From positions 57,143 to 121,142 of the forward strand of contig NIVC01000462.1 of NCBI GenBank assembly GCA_002269645.1: a stretch of DNA of 64,000 nucleotides, written 5' to 3'. The position numbers and the translations under genes are program-made. Below, piece after piece: positions 22,360 to 35,849 of the stretch. Within the stretch, counting starts at the first letter, position 1; every line of letters begins with the position of its first letter. Origin of the DNA: Macrostomum lignano (taxonomy: Eukaryota). The notes under the pieces are model-generated. The model did no database searches. It was not told the DNA's origin and saw only the letters and a list, made by a program, of their open reading frames with translations.

Positions 22360-25300
22360 ATGTATGGTATATATAATAACAAAAACAGTAAACAACAAAA
22401 TACATCAATCAATTAGCAGACAATATCACAAAGGCCTAGGTGCGCCACCGGTTATGCTGTCAGCAATGTTCGGTGTACCGACATCAGCTAGCAGACAGTC
22501 AACAAAGCGCCAAGTATGAGCCTGCCCTTGCTAGTAAGGTGCATATAGCATTATCAGTAGCAACTCCTGCATTGGCTCTGGGTAGTACCACTTTGTTTAG
22601 ATGAGATTGCTTGCCAGCTAGAGTTGCTGACTAGACTATTTATATTATTATACTAGAAATAGTACACTATAATTTTAAATGCACTATTTTATTCTTTAGA
22701 GTTTTTTTAGAAAGCAAACATACTAGCAAAGAAGCATGTATAGTCATGCATAGATAATTTTAATACTAGAAATGATTTATTTTTTTATTTTAAGAATGTT
22801 GGTAAATAGATAAAAAGGCATTGGTATTGGTAATTGATAAATGGTAAGTAGACAAAAAGCATCAATAAAAGAATAAGAAGTGCCAATGGATGGATATTGA
22901 ATATTGATATTTCCATGGACACATTGTAATCGACAATATTAGGAGCTGATTATGATTTCGATATGTGTAAATTTGTTAATTTTCACATCTTTAGCACAAA
23001 GACAACAGGATAAGTTTGTTAAAGTAAAAGGCTTCTTTTAATTCATTGATGTTTATGCAAAAATGCAGCCAAAATTTTAAATAAAAGATAGTAGCAAAAT
23101 AGCATTAAGAATATACAGTTTAGTGGGAATTATAAAATATAAATTTCCTTAATATATTCAACCTTGTCCTCCTCCAAAGAATAGGAAGTCAATCATTGTG
23201 ATGTTGATGACCTTAGAACTATTTTTGGCAGCACTCCGCAAACTGCCAGACAATATAAATTAAAACCATTAGTGAATTCAACAAAATGAGCATCATGCTA
23301 AATTTTTTATACACAAAATTTATTGTTGCACCAGGTCGCTGCCAGGGCTGCTGTGGCATGTGCAAGCCGCGATGGGTTCGACTTGTGGACAATATCTATC
23401 CAAAAAACTATTTGGTGAGATTCTAAAAATCTAAATGCACCTCTAAGTACTACATGTTACTCAAGTGTCTGACAAATTGTCTAAAATTGTTCGCATGATA
23501 AAATCTCTGCAGAACAAGCAGCCCAATGGGCCGAAGCTCAACTCGCTGACTCATTATTCATGCCGCAACCCTGAGAAGCTCGCTCGTATTGCCGAGTACC
23601 TGGAGAGCCGGCTGCAGAGAGATCTTTATAGGAGAAAGACTGGGTGAGTTGAGATCAGAAAGATCGGCTGTAAAACCAGTTTACTGTGAGCAGTGAGAAA
23701 TTTTCCAATCCATTTTTTATTTTAGGCACGTCTTTGTCTCCATGGACATCATTGACAATCTGATCAAGAGCTGCCAGCGACTGGACAACTTCATCTGCAC
23801 CTATTTGGCTATGGTCACCAGCTTGTTGGAGAATAAGGATCCCGAGCTGCAGGTTTGGCTTATTGGCTGACTGGATTAACTGTATCATATCCAGACTTAA
23901 CAGATCCCCAGATTAGGTCTTCAGCGACCTTCTACCCTCCCAGATCCTCAGTTGCTGGGCCACCAGCCTCCCAGAGTGTCAGTTGCTGGGCCAGCCTCCC
24001 AGAGTGTCAGTTGCTGGGCCAGCCTCCCAGAGTGTCAGTTGCTGGGCCAGCCTCCCAGAGTGTCAGTTGCTGGGCCAGCCTCCCAGAGTGTCAGTTGCTG
24101 GGCCAGCCTCCCAGATCCTCAGTTGCTGGGCCAGCCTCCCAGATCCTCAGTTGCTGGGCCAGCCTCCCAGATCCTCATTTGCTGGGCCAGCCTCCCAGAT
24201 CCTCAATTGCTGGGCCATCCTCCCAGAGTGTCAGTTGCTGGGCCATCCTCCCAGAGTGTCAGTTGCTGGGCCATCCTCCCAGAGTGTCAGTTGCTGGGCC
24301 ATCCTCCCAGAGTGTCAGTTGCTGGGCCATCCTCCCAGAGTGTCAGTTGCTGGGCCATCCTCCCAGAGTGTCAGTTGCTGGGCCATCCTCCCAGAGTGTC
24401 AGTTGCTGGGCCATCCTCCCAGAGTGTCAGTTGCTGGGTCAGCCTCCCAGATCCTCGGTTGCTGGGCCAGTCTCCCAGATCCTAAGTTGCTGGGCCATCC
24501 TCCCAGAGTGTCAGTTGCTGGGCCAGCCTCCCAGATCCTAAGTTGCTGGGCCAGCCTCCCAGATCCTAAGTTGCTGGGCCAGCCTCCCAGATCCTCAGTT
24601 GCTGGGCCAGCCTTCCAGATCCTCAGTTGCTGGTCCAGCCTCCCAGATCCTCAATTGCTGGGCCACCAGCCTCCCAGAGTGTCAGTTGCTGGGCCAGCCT
24701 CCCAGATCCTCAGTTGCTGGGCCAGCCTTCCAGAGTGTCAGTTGCTGGGTCAGCCTCCCAGATCCTCAGTTGCTGGGTCAGCCTCCCAGATCCTCAGTTG
24801 CTGGGCCAGCCTCCCAGATCCTCAGTTGCTGGGCCATCCTCCCAGAGTGTCAGTTGTTGGGTCAGCCTCCCAGATCCTCAGTTGCTGGGCCAGTCTCCCA
24901 GATCCTCAGTTGCTGGTCCAGCTTCCCAGATCCTCAGTTGCTTGAATCCTATCACACCCCAAACTACTCGCAGATGACGGGCACGCAGAGCTTCGAGAAG
25001 TTCTCCGAGATCGACAAGGAGACGCCCAACTACCTGAAGGAGTACGCCACTTTGCTGGAGTGCTTTGTCAAGATGTGCCACGACGCCAGTCCCGACGAGG
25101 CGGTCCGCTGCCGGGTGCGCTGCGCCGGGCTGCAGGGCATCATGAGCATGATGCGCAAAGTGGCCTCCGATGATTTGCAGATCAACATCTGGGAACAGGT
25201 GCACATGAACCAGATCCTCTGGGGCATCCTGTTCAACCTGGAGGAGGGTTTGCAGGTGAGTTTTTCGAAAATTCGAGCCTCAGGCAATTCAGAGAGTAGA

Positions 25301-28300
25301 GAGCAGATTCAGTAGGGTAGACAGCAGATTCCGGAGGGCAGAGAGCAGATTCAGTAGTGAGTAGGGTAGAGAGCAGATTCAGTAGGGTAGAGAGCAGATT
25401 CAGTAGGGTAGAGAACAGATTCAGTAGGGTAGAGAGCAGATTCAGTAGGGTAGACAGCAGATTCAGTAGGGTAGAGAACAGATTTAGGAGGGTAGAGAGC
25501 AGATTCAGTAGGGTAGACAGCAGATTTAGGAGGGTAGACAGCAGATTCAGGAGGGTAGACAGCAGATTCAGTAGGGTAGAGAACATATTCAGGGGGCAGA
25601 GAGCAGATTCAATCCGCACTGCAATGCCGCACCCCGCAGGCAAGCGAGGAGGCGGCCGCCGCCGCAGCCCCGACCGCAGCGGCGCCCTCAGTCGGCGGCG
25701 ACGTGGCGCTGCTGGCCGAGGCGGGTGACGGAGGCGGCTGCGCCTCAGGCAGCGGCCCGCGGCCATTCGACAAGGCTAAGGAGGCCCTGGAGGACCTGGT
25801 GATGCGAGCCAATTACAACAACATGAACTGCATAGTGGACCCGGTGCTGACCCACCTGGACCACAATCCAGACCTGTGGGCGCCCAACCGGTTCGCCGTG
25901 TTCGTATTCCACACCATCATCTGCCGCATCCCCAAGCCGTCCCAGGCCTACGCTGTGGTGGACCGGGTCATCCAGCACCTCAACACGGTCAAGTCCACCC
26001 CGGTGAAGAAGGCAGTTGTCCAGGTTGTCAGCAGCATTGTGGGCTACGCTGCCAGCGATGCTATTGGGCCGGCCGTGTACAATGTGTTCAAGGAGCTGTG
26101 CAGGCAGCTCATGCAGAGCATCTGGTCCAGGGATGAGAGCAGCGATGTGAGTTTAGGTTGGGTTTCCACGCTTGGGATAAGACATCGACTCATTCACTGA
26201 TCCTCAGTTGCTGGGCCAGCCTCCCAGATCCTCATTTGCTGGGCCAGCCTCCCAGATCCTCTGTTGCTGGGCCAGCCTTCCAGATCCTCAGTTGCTGGGC
26301 CAGCCTTCCAGATCCTCGGTTGCTGGGCCAGCCTCCCAGATCCTCAGTTGCTGGGCCATCCTCCCAGATCCTCAGTTGCTGGGCCAGCCTTCCAGATCCT
26401 CGGTTGCTGGGCCAGCCTCCCAGATCCTCAGTTGCTGGGCCAGCCTCCCAGATCCTCAGTTGCTGGGCCAGCCTCCCAGATCCTCAGTTGCTGGGCCAGC
26501 CTCCCAGATCCTCGGTTGCTGGGCCAGCCTCCCAGATCCTCAGTTGCTGGGCCAGCCTCCCAGATCCTCAGTTGCTGGGCCAGCCTCCCAGATCCTCAGT
26601 TGCTGGGCCAGCCTCCCAGATCCTCGGTTGCTGGGCCAGCCTCCCAGATCCTCGGTTGCTGGGCCAGCCTCCCAGATCCTCAGTTGCTGGGCCAGCCTCC
26701 CAGATCCTCAGTTGCTGGGCCAGCCTCCCAGATTCCAAATTTGGAAGTGACCCCACACGTGACCGCCGCTTGCCACCTCAGGTGGAGTCGCAGTACCGCG
26801 AGGAGGTCATCAACACGATGGTCCGCTACTCGGAGGCTTCGCCCGACACGCAGAAAGTGGAGATTATGAAGTACATTCTGTCCTTCGAGGCGCAGCACGT
26901 TCGCATGCTGGACCAGAGCTCGCAGTCGCAGCCGGAGGTGGAGGAGCGCAAGCGCAAGATGCTGCTGAAGAGCCTGCTCAAGACTGTTAGCATGGTTGCT
27001 GAGAACTATCGCACCACGGTGATCTCCAACGCTTTCCCATTTGATTTCCTGCCTCCCCTGCTGAAGATCTCTATGAATAGCGATCCCGGCATCCGGGTTG
27101 TGGTGCAGAACATCTTGCAGCACCTCATCGATAGGCACTCTTATCGGGAGGCCTTCAGCCGGGTGCGCCTACTGCCGTTGCCCGACAGCTCGACAGGTGC
27201 GCCGTCACCGCGGCACGACAAGCCGTCTCGGCAGGACATGCAGTTCATGCGGTCCGCCATGGGCAGTGAGCTGCTCACCCACCTGTACACCCAGCTACAG
27301 GTGAGAACTGCGCGGTTGTTATTCAAGTAATAATCATCTAGTAAAAAGTCTAAATTAATCTAATGATATCCGTCTCTAAGATTTTCCCTTGGGGGGGGGG
27401 CGTGGAGGTGTCGCAGCCCAGTGGTCCAGCACGGATCTCTGATGTACCAACGGCCCAGGCTCGATTCCAAGTTGTCAGTCACATTAATTGGAATCTCGGC
27501 TTGGCTCTGCTCGTGCCCAGAGCACAGTAAATTGTACATACGAAACGATAAAGTTTATAGTGCGTATATGTGCGTATGACTGCGTACGTATCCGCGCGCT
27601 TGTGTGCCTGCTCAGGGGAGTCGGCGGAATGGGCATCAATGCCTCTCGCCTCTTGTGTGGCGATGTCGCTTAAAATGTGCCAGGGTGCCTCTAATAAAAA
27701 AAATCTATCCTGAAAATCGTCTCTGTATCTTTCTTGAGAATCGTCTCTTGATCTCACATGAGAGTTGTGGGATCTCATTAGATCTCATATGAAAATCGTC
27801 TCTAGATCTCACATGAGAATCGTTTCTAGATCTCACATGAGAATTGTCTTTAGGTCTGACCTAAGAATCGTTTCTAGACCTTACCTGAGAATAGTCTCTT
27901 GATCTCACCTGAGAATCGTCTCTAGATCTCACCTGAGAATCGTCTCTAGTTCTCACCTGAGAATCGTCTCTAGATCTCACCTGAGAATTGTCTCTAGATC
28001 TCACCTGAGAATCGTCTTTAGATCTCACCTGAAAATCGTCTATAGATCTCACCTGAAAATGGTCTCAAAATAGCCCCATTATGCCGTAATGCGAACGCCC
28101 CTCAGACTGAGCAGCTTGCTTCCATCCCGCAGGAGGAGAGCAACCGGGTGGACAACTTCGAGAAGCTGTACACCACCCTGTGCCTGCTGGCGCTGGAGAC
28201 TGCGGCAGATGAAGCTCTGGTTGAGTTCTTCCGCCTCGGCCTGCAGACTCAGGACTTTCTAGTCAGCGATCGGTGCGGCCTGAAGATTGTGCACAAGTCT

Positions 28301-28619
28301 GCCGCCATGGCGGTTGTGGCCGCCCTCTTCACCCTGCTGTGCGGCCTGCAGCCTTGCAAAGGCATCGACGCTCACGTGGCCGAGGTCGGAATTTATTCGA
28401 TTTTTACAGAATATAGCAATCATGCACTTTGTGTGCTACTTATTTAGCTACTGGGCAGTAGAATGCCTAAACTCTATATATTTAATTCCGCTAAATGCAC
28501 GCAGGTGATTGAGCAGCGAAACAGCAAAGCGCCGCATTTTCTGCCTAAAGTGGCTTTCAATAGGAATAATACAGCTAAGAGGTGAGTCCGACTTGCTTTC
28601 TAGTGTCTGTCTTAGTGGC

Positions 28620-28682
<63 letters not shown>

Positions 28683-28683
28683 G

Positions 28684-28730
<47 letters not shown>

Positions 28731-28731
28731 G

Positions 28732-28798
<67 letters not shown>

Positions 28799-28816
28799 GT
28801 GTCTGTCTGTCTGTCA

Positions 28817-28870
<54 letters not shown>

Positions 28871-28871
28871 G

Positions 28872-28910
<39 letters not shown>

Positions 28911-28952
28911 GTGTCTGTCTGTCTGTCTGTCTGTGTGTCTGTCTGTCTGTCA

Positions 28953-29006
<54 letters not shown>

Positions 29007-29007
29007 G

Positions 29008-29046
<39 letters not shown>

Positions 29047-29047
29047 G

Positions 29048-29086
<39 letters not shown>

Positions 29087-29104
29087 GTGTCTGTCTGTCT
29101 GTCA

Positions 29105-29174
<70 letters not shown>

Positions 29175-29175
29175 G

Positions 29176-29230
<55 letters not shown>

Positions 29231-29231
29231 G

Positions 29232-29290
<59 letters not shown>

Positions 29291-29291
29291 G

Positions 29292-29340
<49 letters not shown>

Positions 29341-32300
29341 GACTACACCCTGTATGCCATCACACTGTCCATCGCGCAGCTACGCCACCGAGTCCATCAC
29401 TCCTGAGCTGCTGTTCTCAACCGACCAGATCGAATCCGAGCTGAAGGCGGCCGGCTTCGACACCAGCACCCTGCGGCAGCCATACGAGTCGCTGATGGAC
29501 CTGCGTGCTAAGCTAGGTGACGAGATAAACGCATCGAACAGAGGTGAGGCCATGGTCAGAGCTTGGTTTAAACAAATTGACTGTAATACTTTGCTGCAAT
29601 TTAAGTTTGTCTGTTTGTTTTTATAAATTCGCTAGTAAAATGATACATTTACATGTAAATACAAGAGTGCAAATAAATATTAACGCCCGAACACTCGGCT
29701 ATCTGGTCTACTAGGCGGATTTGTTGGATTCGGCAGGCAGCAGCCAAAGCGAAGGGAGTCAACATTTCACTGTAAATAATATCTGCGTATGCGTTTTGGC
29801 CGTCCTGATTCGATGGCTCAATAATATCAATGTGTTTCAATATATGGCCATTGTAGTTTCATAAATTTAAATCTTTCTCAAAACTTTGGCGTATTGATTC
29901 ATTCAAATCAGTAATTGCTGCCAGATAGATTGGTTGCGGGCCAGTTCCTTATCCATCAGTGTACTCTTATAGCTTAGCGAAATTTATACATTGTTCCCTC
30001 TCAATGTACACTCTGCCTGCCCCCACCAACCCATAGACCCTCTGCCTCTCTCCCCAATGTACACATTGCCTGCCCCTTCCAACCCATAGACCCTCTGCCT
30101 CTCTCCCCAATGTACACTTTGCCTGCCCCTTCAACCCATAGACCCTCTGCCTCTCTCCCCAATGTACACTTTGCCTGCCCCTTCCAACCCATAGACCCTC
30201 TGCCTCTCTCCCCAATGTACATATTGCCTGCCCCCTTCAACCCAAAGACCCTCTGCCTCTCTCCCCAATTTACACATTGCCTGCCCCCTCTAACCCATAG
30301 ACCCTCTGCCTCTCTCCCCAATGTACACATTGCCTGCCCCCACCAACCCATAGACCCTCTGCCTTTCTCCCCAATGTACACATTGCCTGCCCCTTCCAAC
30401 CCATAGACCCTCTGACTCTCTCCCCAATGTACACTTTGCCTGCCCCTTCAACCCATAGACCCTCTGCCTCTCTCCCCAATGTACACTTTGCCTGCCCCTT
30501 CCAACCCATAGACCCTCTGCCTCTCTCCCCAATGTACATATTGCCTGCCCCCTTCAACCCAAAGACCCTCTGCCTCTCTCCCCAATTTACACATTGCCTG
30601 CCCCCTCTAACCCATAGACCCTCTGCCTCTCTCCCCAATGTACACATTGCCTGCCCCACCAACCCATAGACCCTCTGCCTCTCTCCCCAATGTACACATT
30701 GCCTGCCCCCTCCAACCCATAGACCCTCTGCCTCTCTCCCCAATGTACACTTTGCCTGCCCCCTCTAACCCATAGACCCTCTGCCTCTCTCCCCAATGTA
30801 CACATTGCCTGCCCCCTCCAACCCATAGACCCTCTGCCTCTCTCCCCAATGTGCACATTGCTTGCCCCTCCAACCCATAGACCCTCTGCCTCTCTCCCCA
30901 ATGTACACATTGCCTGCCCCCTCCAACCCATAGACCCTCTGCCTCTCTCCCCAATCAATTTATTATTGATTTCGTTCTGCATGTAGGAATACTCTTTTGG
31001 GTGTTAAATCTATTATTGACTAATTGTTTCAATCTCTGACATTAATTGGTTTAAGTGAGTAGATTTATGATTTTTTCGAGTTTTTTCATCTCACCTAAAG
31101 TTTAATAATGATTAACAGTAAAATGAATACTTTTTTCTGTACAGTACTTGTTCTTAAGAAAATTTATCTCTGCTTAAATTTGATTCTCACAACTTCCATT
31201 ATCATTCCCATTGTCCCCACAGATTGGGTTGTAGTGACGGAGTGTTCCTATATTATGGGGGGGGGGCTGGCTTCAAATCCTTTTCATTTATCTGTGCAAT
31301 TCGATGTATGAAATATTAATATTAACAATAATTAACCACACAGCGATTATTCACCTATAGAGTCAATAATAATTGTTATTTCACTAATAATTTCTATCAC
31401 TCTTTTTGCCGGATTTTTTAAAGTCAAGTGAAATAAAATAATTTGCGCATTCGCACATTTCATTTTAGCAGTAGTACTAGTAGTAGTGCGATATAGGTTA
31501 TCAAACATTTTGTTATAATTTATTTTTCATTATAAATCCTTTGTTTTAGTTCGTAAGTATGAGGCACCCGGTTGAATCCGGTTGAGTGGTCAGTTTGATA
31601 AACGGCAGATCATTGATTAGATTAATTTGTTATAACTATTTTAACTAACCACATTAACACGTGTTTTTAACCACTAACATTTGCGTAGCATATGATGTTA
31701 TAGTTATTATTTATTTATTTCATTGCATTTGCTTTTATTTGTTAACTTAAGTTTTGGTTTTTAACTTCTGCAGTTTTTGCATGCCCAGTGAGCTCTGCAT
31801 CTCTGCTTTTCTCTTTGTCTCCCTTTCCGCCTCTTGTGTACCTCTACCTCCACCTCCTATCTACCTCTCCACCTATCTCCTTCTTTAACTCTCCTATCTG
31901 TTTCTCTCCTCTCCTGTCTCCCTCTCTGCCTCTCCTATCTTATCTACCTCTCCTCCCACCTCTTCTATGTACCTCTCCCTTCCCCAATTTCCACCCTCTC
32001 TCTAGATCCTCTCTTCTTTATCTCATCCTCTCCCTCACTTTTTCCCATATCTCCTTCCCTTTCCCACTCTAATCTATTTTATCCCTCTCTTTCATGGCTC
32101 TCACCAAGTTATTGATCACCGGTAAAAAGATAGTGTATAAAGTTATTATCGATACATATCGGGTGAATCAACTTTAGTACTATCTAGCGGCTCAATTTGC
32201 ACGAGGATCTTCGACTGCCTTTAGGATTAGAAAAAAGTGCAATGCTAAAAAATCAGCCATTCCTTTCTCATCCAAGCTTACTAACGCAACCAATAGCTAA

Positions 32301-33557
32301 GTTAAGCTATGTACGCTATTTTTATCTTCTGTTGATAGTCCAAATTTCGATGATTGAATCTCCGCCCTCCCCCCGAATTTTTCATCACTGCAAGATTTCC
32401 GCGACTTCATGCAAACTGTCGGGGGCGCCAGGCGCGATCGTCGGGAAAGCGCCTGGTCTCTGGCGCCTTCGGTTAGCGACGAGAGCGTCGGGAGCCGGTC
32501 GCGTCGGCTCAGCCGGTCCGACAGCCTATCGGATTTGGATCTGTCTTTCGGCGCGTTTAGGAAGATTATGTGTGAGTTTTGGTGGCTTAGTGAGCTTGTA
32601 GTCTGTGCTCAGTGATCCTGCAGTCTGTGCTCAGTGATCTTGTAGTCTGTGCTCAGTGATCCTGTAGTCTATGCTCAGTGATCCTGCAGTCTATGCTCAG
32701 TGATCCTGCAGTCTATGCTTAGTGATCCTGCAGTCTATGCTTAGTGATCCTGCAGTCTATGCTTAGTGATCCTGCAGTCTATGCTTAGTGATCCTGCAGT
32801 CTATGCTTAGTGATCCTGCAGTCTATGCTTAGTGATCCTGCAGTCTATGCTTAGTGATCCTGCAGTCTATGCTTAGTGATCCTGCAGTCTATGCTTAGTG
32901 ATCCTGCAGTCTATGCTTAGTGATCCTGCAGTCTATGCTTAGTGATCCTGCAGTCTATGCTTAGTGATCCTGCAGTCTATGCTTAGTGATCCTGCAGTCT
33001 ATGCTTAGTGATCCTGCAGTCTATGCTTAGTGATCCTGCAGTCTATGCTTAGTGATCCTGCAGTCTATGCTTAGTGATCCTGCAGTCTATGCTTAGTGAT
33101 CCTGCAGTCTATGCTTAGTGATCCTGCAGTCTATGCTTAGTGATCCTGCAGTCTATGCTTAGTGATCCTGCAGTCTATGCTTAGTGATCCTGCAGTCTAT
33201 GCTTAGTGATCCTGCAGTCTATGCTTAGTAAGTTTATCTACCAGTTTAACCGCCGTCTCTGCCCCTCTCCACTCAGACGAGCCGCCAGCTCAGCGCTTGA
33301 AGCGCCGAGCCGAGGAGGAGCGCGAGATCAAGGAGCTGTACGACACCGCCTCCTTTGACGAGCTGCTGGAGCGACACCGCAGGGAGAAGGCCACCCCCAT
33401 CAACGAGGTTATCGCCTTCCTCAAGGAGGTTGAAGCCTCCAACAACAGCGACAGTCGGCCTGAACTGGGCGACAGCGGCAAGGAGCTGCGAGTCTGCGAG
33501 CCGAGGAAGGGCGCCACTATTAAGGAGATCGAGTTCCCGTCGCTATTCGTGTTCTGA
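22360..33557 (+). CDS. EFR3: Protein EFR3 homolog (PI4KA plasma-membrane scaffold), ~867 aa, 12 coding exons
   Basis: Exons 22360-22366, 23335-23414, 23513-23643, 23726-23852, 24974-25255, 25640-26146, 26782-27300, 28133-28384, 28505-28581, 29380-29543, 32395-32571, 33277-33557 (sum 2604 nt, all GT-AG, phases consistent). N-terminus [25 protein letters not shown] matches the EFR3 palmitoylated Cys cluster (human EFR3B MYGVCGCCGALRPRYKRLVDNIFP). Also [37 protein letters not shown], and C-terminal [10 protein letters not shown]. Confidence 0.93.
23935..24945. repeat. 28-bp minisatellite in EFR3 intron 4, ~36 copies
   Basis: Units CCTCCCAGAGTGTCAGTTGCTGGGCCAG and CCTCCCAGATCCTCAGTTGCTGGGCCAG. 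Confidence 0.95.
25290..25612. repeat. 21-bp minisatellite in EFR3 intron 5
   Basis: Unit GAGAGCAGATTCAGTAGGGTA. Confidence 0.93.
26195..26735. repeat. 28-bp minisatellite in EFR3 intron 6 (same family as intron 4)
   Basis: Unit CCTCCCAGATCCTCAGTTGCTGGGCCAG, ~19 copies. Confidence 0.95.
27405..27480 (+). mobile_element. tRNA-like SINE head in EFR3 intron 7
   Basis: A-box-like GCAGCCCAGTGGTCCAGC and B-box-like GGCTCGATTCC at tRNA-like spacing; no intact cloverleaf. Confidence 0.4.
27715..28060. repeat. 24-bp minisatellite in EFR3 intron 7
   Basis: Unit GAGAATCGTCTCTAGATCTCACCT. Confidence 0.9.
28619..29340. repeat. (TGTC)n microsatellite, ~180 units, in EFR3 intron 9
   Basis: Directly visible, with TGTG/TCAG interruptions. 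Confidence 0.98.
30000..30955. repeat. 53-bp minisatellite in EFR3 intron 10, ~18 copies
   Basis: Unit CAATGTACACATTGCCTGCCCCTTCCAACCCATAGACCCTCTGCCTCTCTCCC. Confidence 0.95.
31790..32105. repeat. CT-rich low-complexity polypyrimidine tract in EFR3 intron 10
   Basis: Almost purely C/T degenerate sequence. Confidence 0.8.
32590..33230. repeat. 22-bp minisatellite in EFR3 intron 11, ~29 copies
   Basis: Unit AGTGATCCTGCAGTCTATGCTT, nearly invariant. Confidence 0.96.
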
Positions 33558-33693
33558 GCTGTCCGATGAGATGCAGCTCGATCATAATTTTACTGGACTA
33601 AATTCGCTTTGTACTTTTCACATGCAATTCGTAAATTCTGAGTCTTAAATCTACTAAATGACAAAATGTCATAATTGAGACGCTAATTCCTTG

Positions 33694-35088
33694 ATTTCTA
33701 AAATCTCATAGGGAAGATTTTGAGTCCTCGGTTTCTAAAATCTTATGGGTGTTATTCTTAGTCTATGATTTCTGTAAAATTTCATGGGTGAGATTCTGAG
33801 TCTACGATCTCTCTAATCTCATGGGTGAGATTCTGAGTCTACGATCTCTCTAACCTCATGGGTGAGATTCTGAGTCTACGATCTTTCAAATCTCATGGGT
33901 GTTATTCTTAGTCTATGATTTCTGTAAAATTTCATGGGTGAGATTCTGAGTCTACGATCTCTCTAATCTCATGGGTGAGATTCTGAGTGAGTCTACGGTT
34001 TCTAAAATCTCATAGGTGAGATTCTGAGTGAGTCTATGGTTTCTAAAATCTCATAGGTGAGATTCTGAGTGCGTCTACGGTTTCTAAAATCTCATAGGTG
34101 AGATTCTGAGTGAGTCTATGGTTTCTAAAATCTCAGGTGAGATTCTGAGTGCGTCTACGGTTTCTAAAATCTCATAGGGAAGATTTTGAGTCCTCGGTTT
34201 CTAAAATCTTATGGGTGTTATTCTTAGTCTATGATTTCTGTAAAATTTCATGGGTGAGATTCTGAGTCTACGATCTCTCTAATCTCATGGGTGAGATTCT
34301 GAGTCTACGATCTTTCAAATCTCATAGGTGAGATTCTGAGTGAGTCTACGGTTTCTAAAATCTCATAGGTGAGATTCTGAGTGAGTCTATGGTTTCTAAA
34401 ATCTCATAGGTGAGATTCTGAGTGCGTCTACGGTTTCTAAAATCTCATAGGGAAGATTTTGAGTCCTCGGTTTCTAAAATCTTATGGGTGTTATTCTTAG
34501 TCTATGATTTCTGTAAAATTTTATGGGTGAGATTCTGAGTCTACGATCTCTCTAATCTCATGGGTGAGATTCTGAGTCTACGATCTTTCAAATCTCATAG
34601 GTGAGATTCTGAGTGAGTCTACGGTTTCTAAAATCTCACGGGTGAGATTCTGAGTCTACGATCTTTCAAATCTCATAGGTGAGATTCTGAGTGAGTCTAC
34701 GGTTTCTAAAATCTCACGGGTGAGATTCTGAGTCTACGATCTTTCAAATCTCATAGGTGAGATTCTGAGTGAGTCTACGGTTTCTAAAATCTCATGGGTG
34801 AGATTCTGAGTGAGTCTATGGTTTCTAAAATCTCATGGGTGAGATTCTGAGTGAGTCTACGGTTTCTAAAATCTCATAGGTGAGATTCTGAGTGAGTCTA
34901 CGGTTTCTAAAATCTCAAAGGTGAGATTCTGAATGAGTCTACGGTTTCTAAAATCTCACGGGTGAGATTCTGAGTCTACGATCTTTCAAATCTCATAGGT
35001 GAGATTCTGAGTGAGTCTGCGGTTTCTAAAATCTCATGGGTGAGATTCTTGGTCTATGATTTCTGTAAAATTTTATGGGTGAGATTGT
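33694..35088. repeat. 36-40-bp minisatellite downstream of the EFR3 stop, hairpin-bearing units
   Basis: Units such as GGTGAGATTCTGAGTGAGTCTACGGTTTCTAAAATCTCATA; contain the inverted repeat AATCTCA-n4-TGAGATT. Confidence 0.92.
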
Positions 35089-35849
35089 GAGCCCATATTG
35101 TTTTTAAGTCTGAGGCTTTGGGTGTGTATTAATTCAATAAGCAATAACTGTACCAACATGTCTGTCTGTGATGCTACTATGAATTTGTCTAAACTAACTG
35201 GTTTGTATTATTTTCTTCGAAATTCAAGTTTTTGTTTTTGTTTTTAATGCGCATTCGCGCAATATTCTACTTTTTTTTCTCTAAGCCATTGTTAGTAGGC
35301 AGTTTGGTATTATGTGTTTAGATAAACAGAATTGTTAGTAAGCCTTACTATATATTCTTACTAATCTATATTATACTAGTATTAACAATCGGTTCTTTTA
35401 TATAATTTCTAATCCGCATAATCTGCATAACGCCTATGCACTGAATGGTGAGCTTGTACTCCGATATATTTATTTATTTAAGCCTGATTTACTCTGTCTG
35501 TTTTTCTTGTGCGAATATTCTAGGTCTATATGCCTTCGCTTTGTGTATTTAAATATCATTGAATTGTGTTGTAAAACCAACAGTTTCTATCTTGCCATAG
35601 CATAGTGATTTTAGATGCACTATCTGTCTTAGTAAATCAATTAGGCTAATCTGTTTTTGTGTTCATTAAATATTGCTAATTCATTGTTTCGCTTGGCGCG
35701 GTTTCTTAGCATTGGAATAAAATAATTCGCAATATTACTAACATTTTGGTTAATTAATAGTTACTTCATGTTAACTCAACCTGTTTTTTCTGCCCTTGTA
35801 ATATACACTACCGTAGGTGTTCAGTGTACTCGTATTGGCTTTAACACCT

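Noticed and set aside
23855-27330. Long ORFs (228-390 aa) such as 23983-24945 and 26158-27330
   Set aside because: Translations of the 28-bp intronic repeat, some running into genuine EFR3 exons. Splice sites and EFR3 homology explain the real coding parts.
27405-27480. Possible tRNA gene
   Set aside because: A/B boxes are present but no acceptor stem, anticodon arm or T-run terminator could be formed; treated as a SINE head.
28509-29626. SVCL-repeat ORFs of ~275 aa
   Set aside because: Stop-free (TGTC)n microsatellite open in all three frames.
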